A stretch of 43,765 bases of DNA from a virus. Lineage: Duplodnaviria; Heunggongvirae; Uroviricota; Caudoviricetes. The translations under genes and the position numbers were made by a program. Within the stretch, counting starts at the first letter, position 1, and the number at the start of each line of letters is the position of its first letter. The notes beneath the pieces were generated by a model, which was not told the origin of the DNA, made no database searches, and saw nothing but the letters and a program-made list of their open reading frames with translations. The stretch spans positions 1 through 43,765 of the IMG/VR virus record IMGVR_UViG_2917865565_000001. One strand, given 5' to 3'. Positions 1 through 10,016 of this stretch are shown piece after piece.

Positions 1-597
1 ATGGGAACTGGGGTACAGGAAAGACTCACTTTATCAGAAAAAAAATTTCCCAAGTACTATGATAAAAACATTTTCTATTATATTTCTTTACTAGGTATTA
101 AATCCTTATCAGATTTCAAAGCTAAAATTATAGATTGTTACTACCTGCAAGATATACAAACATTTAAATCCGGGCTCGAAAGTCTATCAGGAATAGGTAG
201 CATTGCCAGCGGCTCACCTGCAAGTGCCAATATTATTAACAGCATGTTTAATTCTATTGGTGCAAGTGTTAGAGAAAACATTTTATCAAAACTGGATGGT
301 ATTTTTATATTGGATGATATAGAGAGAATATCCGAAACATCATTAGTTAGTGAAATTTTGACATATTGCCATTCTCTTTATATGTCCGAGATGAACTCAA
401 ATTTAGACTTTATTATTATTACCAATACATCAACTGAGTCTGGTTTAAAAATAGAACACAAGGAAAAACTCATTGCAGAAACACTTCATTATAATCCGCA
501 TCCAGAGGAAATATTGGATATAGATATAATAAATGGAAAGCTTTCCCAATTCCCACAGGAAGATAAAATTCTCTTTGAGGATATAGTAAAAAAATAA
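1..597 (+). CDS. C-terminal part of a P-loop/ABC-like NTPase, probably 5'-truncated by the window edge
   Basis: 198-aa ORF in AT-rich DNA; Walker-B-like GIFILDDIE followed about 25 aa later by hydrophobic strand IIITNTS; no Walker A in the window. Confidence 0.35.
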   Translation: MGTGVQERLTLSEKKFPKYYDKNIFYYISLLGIKSLSDFKAKIIDCYYLQDIQTFKSGLESLSGIGSIASGSPASANIINSMFNSIGASVRENILSKLDGIFILDDIERISETSLVSEILTYCHSLYMSEMNSNLDFIIITNTSTESGLKIEHKEKLIAETLHYNPHPEEILDIDIINGKLSQFPQEDKILFEDIVKK

Positions 598-622
598 CAA
601 CATAGTTAACATCCGTATTTTG

Positions 623-1666
623 ATGCGTATTTTGGACACAGCTACGCCATTATATGAATACGTTAAATCATATCCTCATCTTTCTTGGAGAATACCATCA
701 ACAATTCTTTTAAACTCAATATGCTCTTTCTTCATTTTATTATTTTTGCATAATCACTCTCTTGAGGAGCTTCTCAAGGATCAAGATCCAACATTTTTAT
801 TAAACACCGAGGAATCAAGTGATAGTGAGAGAGTGCTATGGTTAGCATTGAATAATTACAAAATAAAACCTGAGATTAAAAGGTATTATAGCGGACAAGC
901 TTCATTAAATGACATATTGGATGTTTTGTTTTATGAAGCAAAACCGCTTACTATGAGAGAAATTGCAATATCAGTACGTCCAGAATTACATGAGATAAAT
1001 GAAAAGGAACTTTCAAATACACTTGTCGACTTAATTTGCCGTAAGATTGATTGTAATTTCTATGAATGGATAAAAGCGTTTCAGAATTATGAGTATTTAA
1101 CCACACATAAATACCTACCAAAATCACCAATTATAACTCTAAAGTTTGTCACTTCGATTCTGAACGGATTCACTGACAATGAAGTTGCAGAATGCTTTGA
1201 GCTATACTCACTTGATAGAAAAAATAGCTTAAATAGTGGTTTTGAAGATAGCAAATTGCTGTACTCAATTTCATTTTACCGTTATAAAAGCACGATCAAA
1301 ATGCGTGAGCTCAACACTATTAGGTTGCAATTAGAATTGAATGGCTGGGCATCATTCAATGCTAACCAATTAACCACTTTAGATCCATTCGGAAATTATA
1401 AGCCGCTTGAAGTGCTTGGTGTATCATTTGTAACAAAATGCGTTTTAAAGAATTGGGCAGTTAATGATATTGAGCAATTTAGTTCTTTCTTGCGTAGCAA
1501 CTATCAAATCAGCAACATAAAACAATTCGCCACTAATGAAAAAAACAAACTTATTTATCTTAGTCAAAAACTTGATATTTTTTGCCTTTCCTATAAAGAA
1601 AGCTTTAAATTTGGAGCCATATACGATCTAAACAGAACAGTTAAAATTGCCATTAACAAATTATGA
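623..1666 (+). CDS. hypothetical protein, AT-rich cargo gene
   Basis: 347-aa ORF from ATG at 623 (track starts at in-frame TTG 620), 23 nt after the upstream ORF; Asn/Lys/Tyr-rich; no motif recognised. Confidence 0.4.
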   Translation: MRILDTATPLYEYVKSYPHLSWRIPSTILLNSICSFFILLFLHNHSLEELLKDQDPTFLLNTEESSDSERVLWLALNNYKIKPEIKRYYSGQASLNDILDVLFYEAKPLTMREIAISVRPELHEINEKELSNTLVDLICRKIDCNFYEWIKAFQNYEYLTTHKYLPKSPIITLKFVTSILNGFTDNEVAECFELYSLDRKNSLNSGFEDSKLLYSISFYRYKSTIKMRELNTIRLQLELNGWASFNANQLTTLDPFGNYKPLEVLGVSFVTKCVLKNWAVNDIEQFSSFLRSNYQISNIKQFATNEKNKLIYLSQKLDIFCLSYKESFKFGAIYDLNRTVKIAINKL

Positions 1667-2148
1667 GAACATCCACTTTACCAAAAAATCATTTTTTTGG
1701 TGGGGTAATACCTGGCGATTAACAAATCTGAAAACAAAGCTCTAATACAGCGGCGAAAGCATGATTTACTTGTGTATATTTAGTTCAAGACGTGCTTCGC
1801 CGTGCATCTCTCACTATTTCCCTCCAGAGCAACATTAAAATACTTCATATAATATAGATATAAGTATCATCTAGCCAAAAACCATTTGAATCCACATGCA
1901 TTCCAGCTTTTATTGATACTCTATCTGATATATCATCCCACCAATTCAGCCATTAATGCTATGACAGGAATTCTAGTTATTCATCATTTTGAGCTGATGA
2001 TGTAATAACGCAACTTATTAATATCTAATGTTTTTTCACTCACCCCTATTACTTCTGTGGCGCTTGCAAAAAAATCATTCAGTCTGAAGCAGGTAATTAA
2101 TCTCGCCACTTACTATCAGTTTCGGGAAAGTACACTAAACATGCTTTT

Positions 2149-2442
2149 TCACCCAAGATTAACTAACCGCCAGACCAGCAGACACGCCACCACCGGCACA
2201 GCAAAATCCATCAGGCTTGCCACATCCCATGCACGTGGATCAAAACCGCCCCACCACGGCATATTCATACGCTTGCCATGCCCGAACATTTCAATCCAGC
2301 GATATTCTGCCTGGGTGTGTTCGCGCGCAATGAAGAACGTACAACCAGCTATCGCCCCGTAAGCCCAGTTTCCGGTAAAAAGGCCAATCAGCACCTGCGC
2401 AGCCACAGCACAAAGCGCATGAAGGAAAGGTGTTATATCCAT
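2149..2442 (-). CDS. small integral membrane protein
   Basis: Internal ATG preceded by AAGGAGG with 4-nt spacer; 97 aa with hydrophobic segments and Gly-rich helix; track ORF starts at upstream GTG 2466. Confidence 0.5.
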   Translation of the reverse strand: MDITPFLHALCAVAAQVLIGLFTGNWAYGAIAGCTFFIAREHTQAEYRWIEMFGHGKRMNMPWWGGFDPRAWDVASLMDFAVPVVACLLVWRLVNLG

Positions 2443-2455
2443 TACTCCTCCTTTA

Positions 2456-3157
2456 TCAGATATCACTTCGGGAAGTTGATAACAACTTTAATTCTGACTC
2501 AAGTTCATCAACTCTTTCAGTCAGTTTCTGGATATGGTGAATCAGTGGAACAACCAGACGTTCGTACATTACACCTTCGGCAACAAGGCCATTGCTGGAA
2601 ATAGCTTCCGGAGCATCATTCTCGTTAGCTGGTCGCCAGTGTACAAACTGAGGGGCAATTTCTCCAACTTCCTCGGCAATCAACCCGTAGAATCCCCAGT
2701 CACGCCTGTCATTTTCGCATTGCGACCTGTACCACACAGGGCGCATCTTGAAAATGAGATCGGCGTGCTCTGAATCTATCGTCTCTACTGAATGTTTATA
2801 GCGGATAGACGATGTTGACCGCAGCACAGACGAAATTGCGGGGTCAGGATTAAGATAAAGGTTTGCCGCCGCTGTAGTCGTGCCCAATCCCCACAAATAA
2901 AACGCTTCACGACCAGTCAGCGGGTAAAAATCTCCACCATAACGACCACTTTCCAGATCGTTCACTTCCACTTTGTTTTTCAGCTTATTATCAACTTCAG
3001 TTTTTGTGTATCTGGAGCTGATATCCTGCTTTGCACTGGTCATCTCAGTCTGAAGCGTTGATACTTTTCCGTTAATTGAGGAAATATCTTCCTTAGCTTT
3101 ACTGACATCTCCCTTTAGCGTGGTAATGTCTCCCGGAATTACTGTCGATGTAGCCAT
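2456..3157 (-). CDS. tail-fibre-associated protein with C-terminal intramolecular chaperone (peptidase S74-like) signature
   Basis: 233 aa; N-terminal coiled region; C-terminal SSIRYKHS, FYGLIAEEV and VMYERLVVPLIHHIQKLTERVDELESEL match the S74 chaperone pattern. Confidence 0.5.
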   Translation of the reverse strand: MATSTVIPGDITTLKGDVSKAKEDISSINGKVSTLQTEMTSAKQDISSRYTKTEVDNKLKNKVEVNDLESGRYGGDFYPLTGREAFYLWGLGTTTAAANLYLNPDPAISSVLRSTSSIRYKHSVETIDSEHADLIFKMRPVWYRSQCENDRRDWGFYGLIAEEVGEIAPQFVHWRPANENDAPEAISSNGLVAEGVMYERLVVPLIHHIQKLTERVDELESELKLLSTSRSDI

Positions 3158-3166
3158 TTTTCTTCC

Positions 3167-3448
3167 TCACATCCAGCCACGAAGTTGATGCTCAACAGCA
3201 ACCACGTATTCATCGAATATTGACGGTGTTTTCACATCATTAATGATGCGCACGTTTACAAAATATCCGTCTTCCTTAACACATACCGGTTCGCCATCTT
3301 CATTCAGTTCTCCGGTTTCTTTGTACACGTTACCTATCACGTCAATAAGAATATCATCCTGCATCGACTCGTCATCATAATAGCCAGTGCTATCCATAAA
3401 GGCCGAAAAGTCGGCCTTGTCTGCAAATTTGAGTGTTAAATCTTTCAT
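3167..3448 (-). CDS. hypothetical protein in tail-fibre module
   Basis: 93-aa ORF, start overlaps stop of upstream ORF (ATGA coupling). Confidence 0.4.
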   Translation of the reverse strand: MKDLTLKFADKADFSAFMDSTGYYDDESMQDDILIDVIGNVYKETGELNEDGEPVCVKEDGYFVNVRIINDVKTPSIFDEYVVAVEHQLRGWM

Positions 3449-4641
3449 TAGATTGACTCCCCCATCTGAGCATCAGTCAATGCCTTGTGCCATATTCTGA
3501 AATTCCTGATATGACCAAATAAATGACGTAATCCGGCTGTAGTCTGGCCTCCAATACGGATAATTGCGGTGCTCTGAATATAGGACCATGTGGTTTTTGT
3601 TTCGCTGGATATACGCCCGTTACTTACTGCGCATGTAGACTGATCAGACTTTACACGCATCCCCATAACCATTTTTTCAAGTGATGCTTTTTCGTTTATC
3701 CGTCTGTTAGACCCACCAATATCGCAATAAGGAAATCCGTCGTAATCTGCTGAAGAACCGAAGCCAAGAATAATAGCCGCTCCGGTTTGATGACCGCCGG
3801 TATCAAAAACACGCGGTGCTGCATTTGGCGTTTTATACCAGTTCTTATGTACCTCACAAAGAACCGTAAAAGGAAGATTATAAAGATTATTCTTAATTGG
3901 GACTGTAACTATATCGCTTGCCCGTGTTACCGGTGCAGCCCCCGTAACAATAAAAGATGATGCGCCTGTACCAGCCTCAATCTGGGGAGTGGTTACATCG
4001 AGACAATCCCCTGATGCCACCATCTGACCTGTATCCGGAGAATACTGGACGAAACCACCAACCGTATTTTCTGTTGTATCTGCTTTTAATGTAGCCTCAA
4101 AAAATATCCAGCCAGTTGCATCATCCTTAACAGACCTTGCTGTAACACGGCTTGTCTGACCCGTCTTGCTAATTATGCGGGTGGTAAGGTTCAGGCTTGC
4201 TGTTCCTATTGATGTCCTTACTTCCCCATCATAATGTTCAAATAAAATACGAACGGCGATATTATCAACTTCACTTTTTACCCGGCAGGATATAGTTACA
4301 TACTTTTCGTCACCTGAAGTATCAACCCCACCGGTACTTGAATACAGCCCTATAATGGTATGCGCTTTACTTGTGCCAACAATCGAATCCTGTACGACAA
4401 ACCGGCCATAATTAAAACCGAAACTATCTGTGCCTGTTTCTGTAACGTCCAGTGAAGTTGACTTATTCCACTTCGAAGGGTCTGTACTGTTCGGGAAGAA
4501 GTTCGTTCTTTGCCCCTCAATAAGCAGGCCATCACGTTCAAACCGTGGCTCGTCAATGGCAGCCTCTGTCAGCACACCAGATTTATTAATGTAAGTTGCT
4601 TTCGATGCGCGTTTAAACTTTACAATCTTGTCGCCAGGCAT
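3448..4641 (-). CDS. side tail fibre, distal portion (non-lambda); probably once continuous with the stf ORF upstream
   Basis: 397-aa ORF; its frame stays open upstream through the T8 run (…KKIVIGDDEITMPGDK…). Confidence 0.5.
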   Translation of the reverse strand: MPGDKIVKFKRASKATYINKSGVLTEAAIDEPRFERDGLLIEGQRTNFFPNSTDPSKWNKSTSLDVTETGTDSFGFNYGRFVVQDSIVGTSKAHTIIGLYSSTGGVDTSGDEKYVTISCRVKSEVDNIAVRILFEHYDGEVRTSIGTASLNLTTRIISKTGQTSRVTARSVKDDATGWIFFEATLKADTTENTVGGFVQYSPDTGQMVASGDCLDVTTPQIEAGTGASSFIVTGAAPVTRASDIVTVPIKNNLYNLPFTVLCEVHKNWYKTPNAAPRVFDTGGHQTGAAIILGFGSSADYDGFPYCDIGGSNRRINEKASLEKMVMGMRVKSDQSTCAVSNGRISSETKTTWSYIQSTAIIRIGGQTTAGLRHLFGHIRNFRIWHKALTDAQMGESI

Positions 4642-4648
4642 TGTTATT

Positions 4649-5833
4649 TCATCGTCGCCAATAACAATTTTTTTTATATGATGGCGAAAAGCCCGTAATC
4701 ATATCCAATGAATCGTTAAACGGTATCCACACATCGGGAAGCGGCTGCAAAACTTGTTTATACGGCTCCGCAGCCTGGCTTGCATACTCTCTGGCTGCGT
4801 CTTCACTTGCTTTTGCAGCCGTCTGGCTTGCAGCGGATGCTTTCGCCGAGTTAGCCGCCGCAGTCTCGCTCGCCTTTGCGTTGGTTTCACTGGTTTTTGC
4901 AGCTTTTTGACTGTTGGCAGATGCAGTGGCAGAAGTAGCCGCCGCACTTGCAGAACCGGCTGCGGCACTTTCGCTTTGGGCCGCTGCATCCTGACTGTTT
5001 TTCGCCGCAGTTTCGCTGGCTTTGGCATTCGTTTCGCTTATTTTCGCTGCCGTCTGGCTGGACTTTGCGTTAGTTTCACTCGTCTTCGCAGCTTTCTGGC
5101 TGTTAGCCGCAGCAGTTGCTGATCCAGCTGCTGAAGTCGCAGAACCGGCTGCAGCACTCTCGCTTTCGGCTGCTGCATCCTGACTGCTTTTCGCCGCAGT
5201 TTCACTGGCTTTGGCATTCGTTTCGCTTATTTTCGCTGCCGTCTGGCTGGACTTTGCGTTAGTTTCGCTCGTCTTTGCGGCTGTCTCACTGTTTTTCGCG
5301 TTGGTTTCTGATTTTTTGGCAGCTGTCGCGGAGTTTGCCGATGCAGTCTGCGAGGACGCTGCCGCCTGTGCGCTGTTAGCTGCATTCGTTTCTGAGGTTT
5401 TCGCCGCGTTCTTCGATGATGCCGCTGCAGTTTCGGATTTCTTTGCCGCCGCTGCGCTCTGAGAGGCGGCTTCGGCGTTGCGTGCCGCTTCTTCCACCAT
5501 TGCCTCAAAACGACGCAATGCCTCCGGCATGACATCATCTTCCGTCATGGCACCGAGAAAATCATTCAGCGTACCTGGTCTGGAACCTTCATAGACGGTA
5601 ATGGTCCCGGCATGTGAAGGCGGAAAACCTTCAACCAGCAGGGTGACGCTGTACTGACCATACTCAACATCCATGCTGTAACGCCCGGCTTCATCCGGAT
5701 TTTCAGAGGCCACCGTGTTCACCAGTACCGTGGTGCTGTTACGCTTTGCCTTCAGTTGAATAGTGCAGTTCTGTATTGGTTTTCCCGCACCATCTTTCAG
5801 CACACCTGAGATTTTTACTGCTGCCATATCCAC
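4649..5833 (-). CDS. stf: side tail fibre Stf, N-terminal portion
   Basis: N-terminus MAVKISGVLKDG… and VEYGQYSV…GFPPSHAGTITVYE match lambda Stf; followed by Ala/Ser/Thr-rich repeats; ends in out-of-frame tail after homopolymer. Confidence 0.7.
   Translation of the reverse strand: MDMAAVKISGVLKDGAGKPIQNCTIQLKAKRNSTTVLVNTVASENPDEAGRYSMDVEYGQYSVTLLVEGFPPSHAGTITVYEGSRPGTLNDFLGAMTEDDVMPEALRRFEAMVEEAARNAEAASQSAAAAKKSETAAASSKNAAKTSETNAANSAQAAASSQTASANSATAAKKSETNAKNSETAAKTSETNAKSSQTAAKISETNAKASETAAKSSQDAAAESESAAAGSATSAAGSATAAANSQKAAKTSETNAKSSQTAAKISETNAKASETAAKNSQDAAAQSESAAAGSASAAATSATASANSQKAAKTSETNAKASETAAANSAKASAASQTAAKASEDAAREYASQAAEPYKQVLQPLPDVWIPFNDSLDMITGFSPSYKKNCYWRR
4940..5320. repeat. tandem duplication of about 189 bp inside stf (two 63-aa A/S/T-rich copies)
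   Basis: Near-identical DNA blocks about 190 nt apart (gcatcctgactg…ttcgcagc); protein repeat KTSETNAKSSQTAAKISETNAKASETAAK… twice. Confidence 0.6.
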
Positions 5834-5891
5834 TCCACAAAAAAGCCCGCCTGAACCGGCGGGCTGTCATAACACTGTGTTACCTGGCTAA

Positions 5892-6491
5892 TCAGAATTT
5901 ATAACCGACACCCACGATAAAACCGTCAGTGCGCCAGTCGCCACTGCCGGAGCCTTCATAAGCAAGGTCAATGGCCACGGATTCGGTCGGGTTAAACTGC
6001 ACGCCAGCCCCCCACGCCAGAGACGTGTTGCTGTGGCGACCGTCATCACTTCCGGTCAGCACATCGTGCGTTTTCCCCTTGTTATCAGTTACGCGGAGAT
6101 AATCCCCGGAGAAAGTCGACACACGGCTGTAAGCCACACCCGCCATCGCATAAGCACTGAACCATTCATTCACGCGCACAGATGGCCCCGCCATCATGCT
6201 GAACCAGCGGTTACGCACTGAATCTTCATGCCAGCGGGTATCGCTGTAACGGGTAAGCTGGCGATTCTTGTCTCCTGCATAGCTGAATGACGTCACCAGC
6301 CCCAGCGTGTCCGTAAATTCATAACGGTATTTCACGTTAATGCCCTTCAGGTCATCGTTGCCGGGCATATCTGTATGGGACTGAAGATACCCGGCGCTTA
6401 GTGTGGACTGATGCTCTGCTGCACTCGCTGGCGTACCAGCGGCGACCAGCCAGACTACTGCAGACAGAATAACAGCACATAATTTACGCAT
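5892..6491 (-). CDS. lom: outer-membrane protein Lom (Ail/Lom family)
   Basis: 199 aa with signal peptide, beta-barrel-like sequence ending GYKF, position after J as in lambda. Confidence 0.85.
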   Translation of the reverse strand: MRKLCAVILSAVVWLVAAGTPASAAEHQSTLSAGYLQSHTDMPGNDDLKGINVKYRYEFTDTLGLVTSFSYAGDKNRQLTRYSDTRWHEDSVRNRWFSMMAGPSVRVNEWFSAYAMAGVAYSRVSTFSGDYLRVTDNKGKTHDVLTGSDDGRHSNTSLAWGAGVQFNPTESVAIDLAYEGSGSGDWRTDGFIVGVGYKF

Positions 6492-6558
6492 AATTACCTC
6501 TCGCTTTTCTGCAATAAAAAAGGCGCCATTTCTGGCGCCCGTATTTGGGTTATAAAAT

Positions 6559-9500
6559 TCAACTGATACTGATACCGGCTGTTGATTTCTTCATCACGAC
6601 AACAAGAAGGTCGCTGATACTGGTCGTTGGCGTCCAGTTATTAGCACCATATGAAGAAACATTGAAAGTCAGGGTGACATGACCGTGTCCGGCAGGCATA
6701 TCAATGACGGATGAAAATACCCTGCTGACATCCGTCGCGGGTTGCTGAAAGATTTCCTGTCCGTTCTTCAGCACCTGCAGCTTACAGGTTGAATACCAGT
6801 ATGACTGTTGGTTGTTGCTGTTGAAGTTTTCATGCTTACCACCGCGAAACAGAACAGGTGGGATTACTATCTGACGGTCAAAAGCCTGATCATCGTACAC
6901 AGTGACCGTTATTGTACCGCTGGCATAACTGCCATTTCTCGGAAAGGCTTTTCCCACCGTTTTGACAATATCACCTTCAATCTGGTTGGCAGACAGTTTT
7001 CCCAGAATCAGACAGTTCTGGTTAATCGTGACATTATTGAGCGTCCCGGAGTTCGCATTCACGTTACCGCTGATATCGGCATTTTTCGCCGTCAGCCGCC
7101 CGTCCGGTGTCAGGGAAAATACCGGAGGATTGCCGCCGCTGGTAATGGTGGGAGCCGTCAGATACTTCAGGAACACTTCGTTCATGAATATCTGGTTGCC
7201 CTGCGCCACAAACATCGGCGTTTCATTCCCGTTTGCCGGGTCAATAAACGCGATACGGTTAGCGGCAACCAGGAACTGGCTCAGTTTGCCTTCCTCCGTA
7301 TCCTCCATGCTGAGGCCAAGCCCCGCGACATAATGCCTGCCGTCTTCGGTCTGCTCAATTTTGACGCCCCACATGGCATTCCATTTATCGTTGGCGTCTT
7401 TCCACTCTTTCGAAAACTCCTCCAGTTTGCTGGCGTTATCCTCCGTCAGCTCGACTTTTTCCAGCAGCTCCTTGCCGAGATGGGATTCGGTTATCTGGCC
7501 TTTGAAAAAATCCAGGTAACCTTCCGCATCATCGCTCGCCCGACCGACAGCCTCCACGAATGTCGATTTGCCGACGGTGTTCACACTGCGAACGTAAAAA
7601 TAATAATCATGGCCCGGTTTGATATTGATACTGGCGGCTATCCAGTACAGCGCCGTGCCAAGATAGCGGGCTGTGGTTTCAACCTGCCTGATATCCGCAA
7701 TCCGCTTTTCCGAGAACCAGAACTCAAACTGTACCGTCGGATCATAAACGGCAAGATGCGGCGTGGCGGTTATCTGAAAATAGCCCGGCGTCAGCTCAAT
7801 CCGCGACGGCGCTGCCGGTGCGGCAATCCGGAACGATACCGATGCCGGATCGCCCTGCTGCCCCCAGGCATTTGCCGCCCGGACTGTCAGCCTGTAGTTT
7901 CCCAGCGCCAGTTGCGTGAAGCGGTATGTGGTTTCCGTCGTCCGGGCCGTGCTGACCAGCCGCTCACTGCCGTCATCCGCTGCCACGGTCAGGCGAAGCA
8001 TAAAGCTCACACCCTTCACCACCTTCGGCGTATCCCAGCGCGCCAGCACCTGGTATTCCCCGCTGTCTGCGGTGACTTCTGCGGTCAGGTGCTGCACCGC
8101 TGGCGGCGTGACACCATTCACCGTGCCGCTCTGGTCGCCGTCAAAGTGCGCCCCGTTATCCACGATGGCCTCTTTCTCCGGCACATGCTGCACAGCGGTG
8201 ATGGCATACGTGCCGTCGTCATTCTCACGGATACTCACACAACGGAACAGGCGCTGGCGCAGCGTCGGCAGCTTCAGCCCCCACACGCTGTACTCGGCAA
8301 CGCCGTCAGGAACCCGGCTCACTTTCACCTTCACGCCGTCGGTGACGGACTGGACCTCCACGCTGACCGGATTCCCCTGCCCGTCAACCAGGCTTATCAG
8401 CGTGGTGCCGGAGGATGGCAGCGTGATTTCTCGGTCGAGCGTCAGCGTCCGGGTCTGGCTGTTCACCGCCAGCACACGCCCGCCGATGCTGATCCCCGCA
8501 TAGTCATCATCACAGATTTCAATGACATCACCCGGTACATGGCGAAGCCTTCTGCGCCCACGCTGAAGTCCACGGTCTGCGTTTCCAGCAGCTCCGTTTT
8601 AATCAGCCACAGCCCGGCGCGGTGTGCCTGCCCCCGGCTGGTACAGCCAAAGGCATCCATCTTCGTGACGTTGCGACCGTAACGGAGAATGGCCTGCGTA
8701 TCTTCAACAAGCTCTGTCGCCGTCTCCCAGCCGTTATTCGGGTCAATCCAGTTCACCTCAATGGCATTATGGCGGTCCTTCAGGGCGCTGAAGCTGTAGC
8801 GGAACGGCGCGCCATCATCCGGCATCACCACATTACTGCGGTTATAGGTCCACACCTTATCCGACGGTCGGTCCTGCACGAACGTCAGCGTCTGCCCGTT
8901 CCATACCGGCATACAGCGCATCGCCGAGCAGAAATCACTGAGAACATCCCACGCCTTACGCTGTGTGGTCAGGTAGGCATTACAGGTGATGCGCGGCTCC
9001 GTGCCGCCAAAACCGTCCGGCACCGACTGGTCGCAATACTGGCCGATGACATACAGCGCCCATTTATCCACATCTGCCGCACCAAGACGTTTACCCATGC
9101 CGTAGCGCGGGTGGGTCAGCATATCCCACAGACACCAGGCCATGTTGTTGCTGTATGCTGGCTTAAACGTTCCGTCCCAGATACCGCTGTATTGCCGCGT
9201 CTGCGGGTTATAGTTCGACGGCACCTGCAGAATGCGCCCGCGAAGATGATAATTACGGCTCACCTGCTGGCTGCCGAACTGTTCCGAGTCCACCTGCACG
9301 CCGACCAGTGCCGTGTTCGGGTAGCACAGTTTCACATCGATGATTTCGGTGTATGACGACCAGAGCGTTTTGTTCTGCAGCTGGTCTGTGGTGCTGTCCG
9401 GCGTCATCCTGCGCATCCGGATATTAAACGGGCGCGGCGGCAGGTTACCCACCACCACCGAGGCCAGATACTGCGAGGTAGTTTTGCCCTTAATGGTGAT

Positions 9501-9956
9501 GTCTTTTTCCGTCACCCAGCCACCGTTACGCTGTATCTGAACCAGCAGGCGGACTTCCGACGGATTCCGGTCTCCCTTTGAGGTGGTTTCCACCAGTGCC
9601 TGCACACCGAAGGTAAAGCGCAGACGGTCGATGTTTGCCGACGTGATGGTCCGGGTGATCGGCGTGTCATATTTTACTTCCGTACCCAGCACCGTCTCGG
9701 ATCCGGAGGATTCAAAACCCTCCGGCGGTGTCTGCTCCTGCTCACCTGCCCGGAACACCACCGTGACACCGGCGATGTTGGTATTCCCTTCACTGTCCAG
9801 CACCGGCGTACTGTTCAGCAGCACGCTTTTTAATCCATCCACCGGACCTTCTATCGGCCCTTCGCTGATGGCATCGATCACACTCAGTAACTGCGTGGAT
9901 TTCAGGTTGTCCTTCGCTTCGCGCGGGGTATGCCCCTTACTGCTGCCTTTACCCAT
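6559..9956 (-). pseudogene. J: tail tip / host-specificity protein J, reading frame interrupted
   Basis: Two ORFs (8463..9956 and 6559..8475) in different frames together cover lambda J; first ends in junk tail [23 protein letters not shown], second frame reads [29 protein letters not shown]. Confidence 0.8.
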
Positions 9957-10016
9957 TCGTCATGCTCCATAAACGACAAAACCGCCCGGAGGCGGTTTCA
10001 CATAAAACATTTTGCA

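Noticed and set aside
1-597. Treating ORF1 as a complete gene starting at position 1, or naming it a KAP NTPase
   Set aside because: No Walker A is present before the Walker-B-like motif, so the ATG at position 1 is probably internal; a specific family cannot be supported without the N-terminus
2057-2362. 101-aa plus-strand ORF
   Set aside because: Overlaps the minus-strand membrane-protein gene that has a strong RBS; translation is low-complexity
4700-5540. Highly repetitive DNA that could be mistaken for a CRISPR-like array, plus several antisense ORFs
   Set aside because: Repeats are coding tandem repeats of the tail-fibre shaft with variable units and no spacer architecture; antisense ORFs are artefacts of the repeat
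6808-8682. 624-aa plus-strand ORF
   Set aside because: Antisense to J, whose identity is well supported; long antisense ORFs are expected in GC-rich coding DNA; no RBS or recognisable protein features
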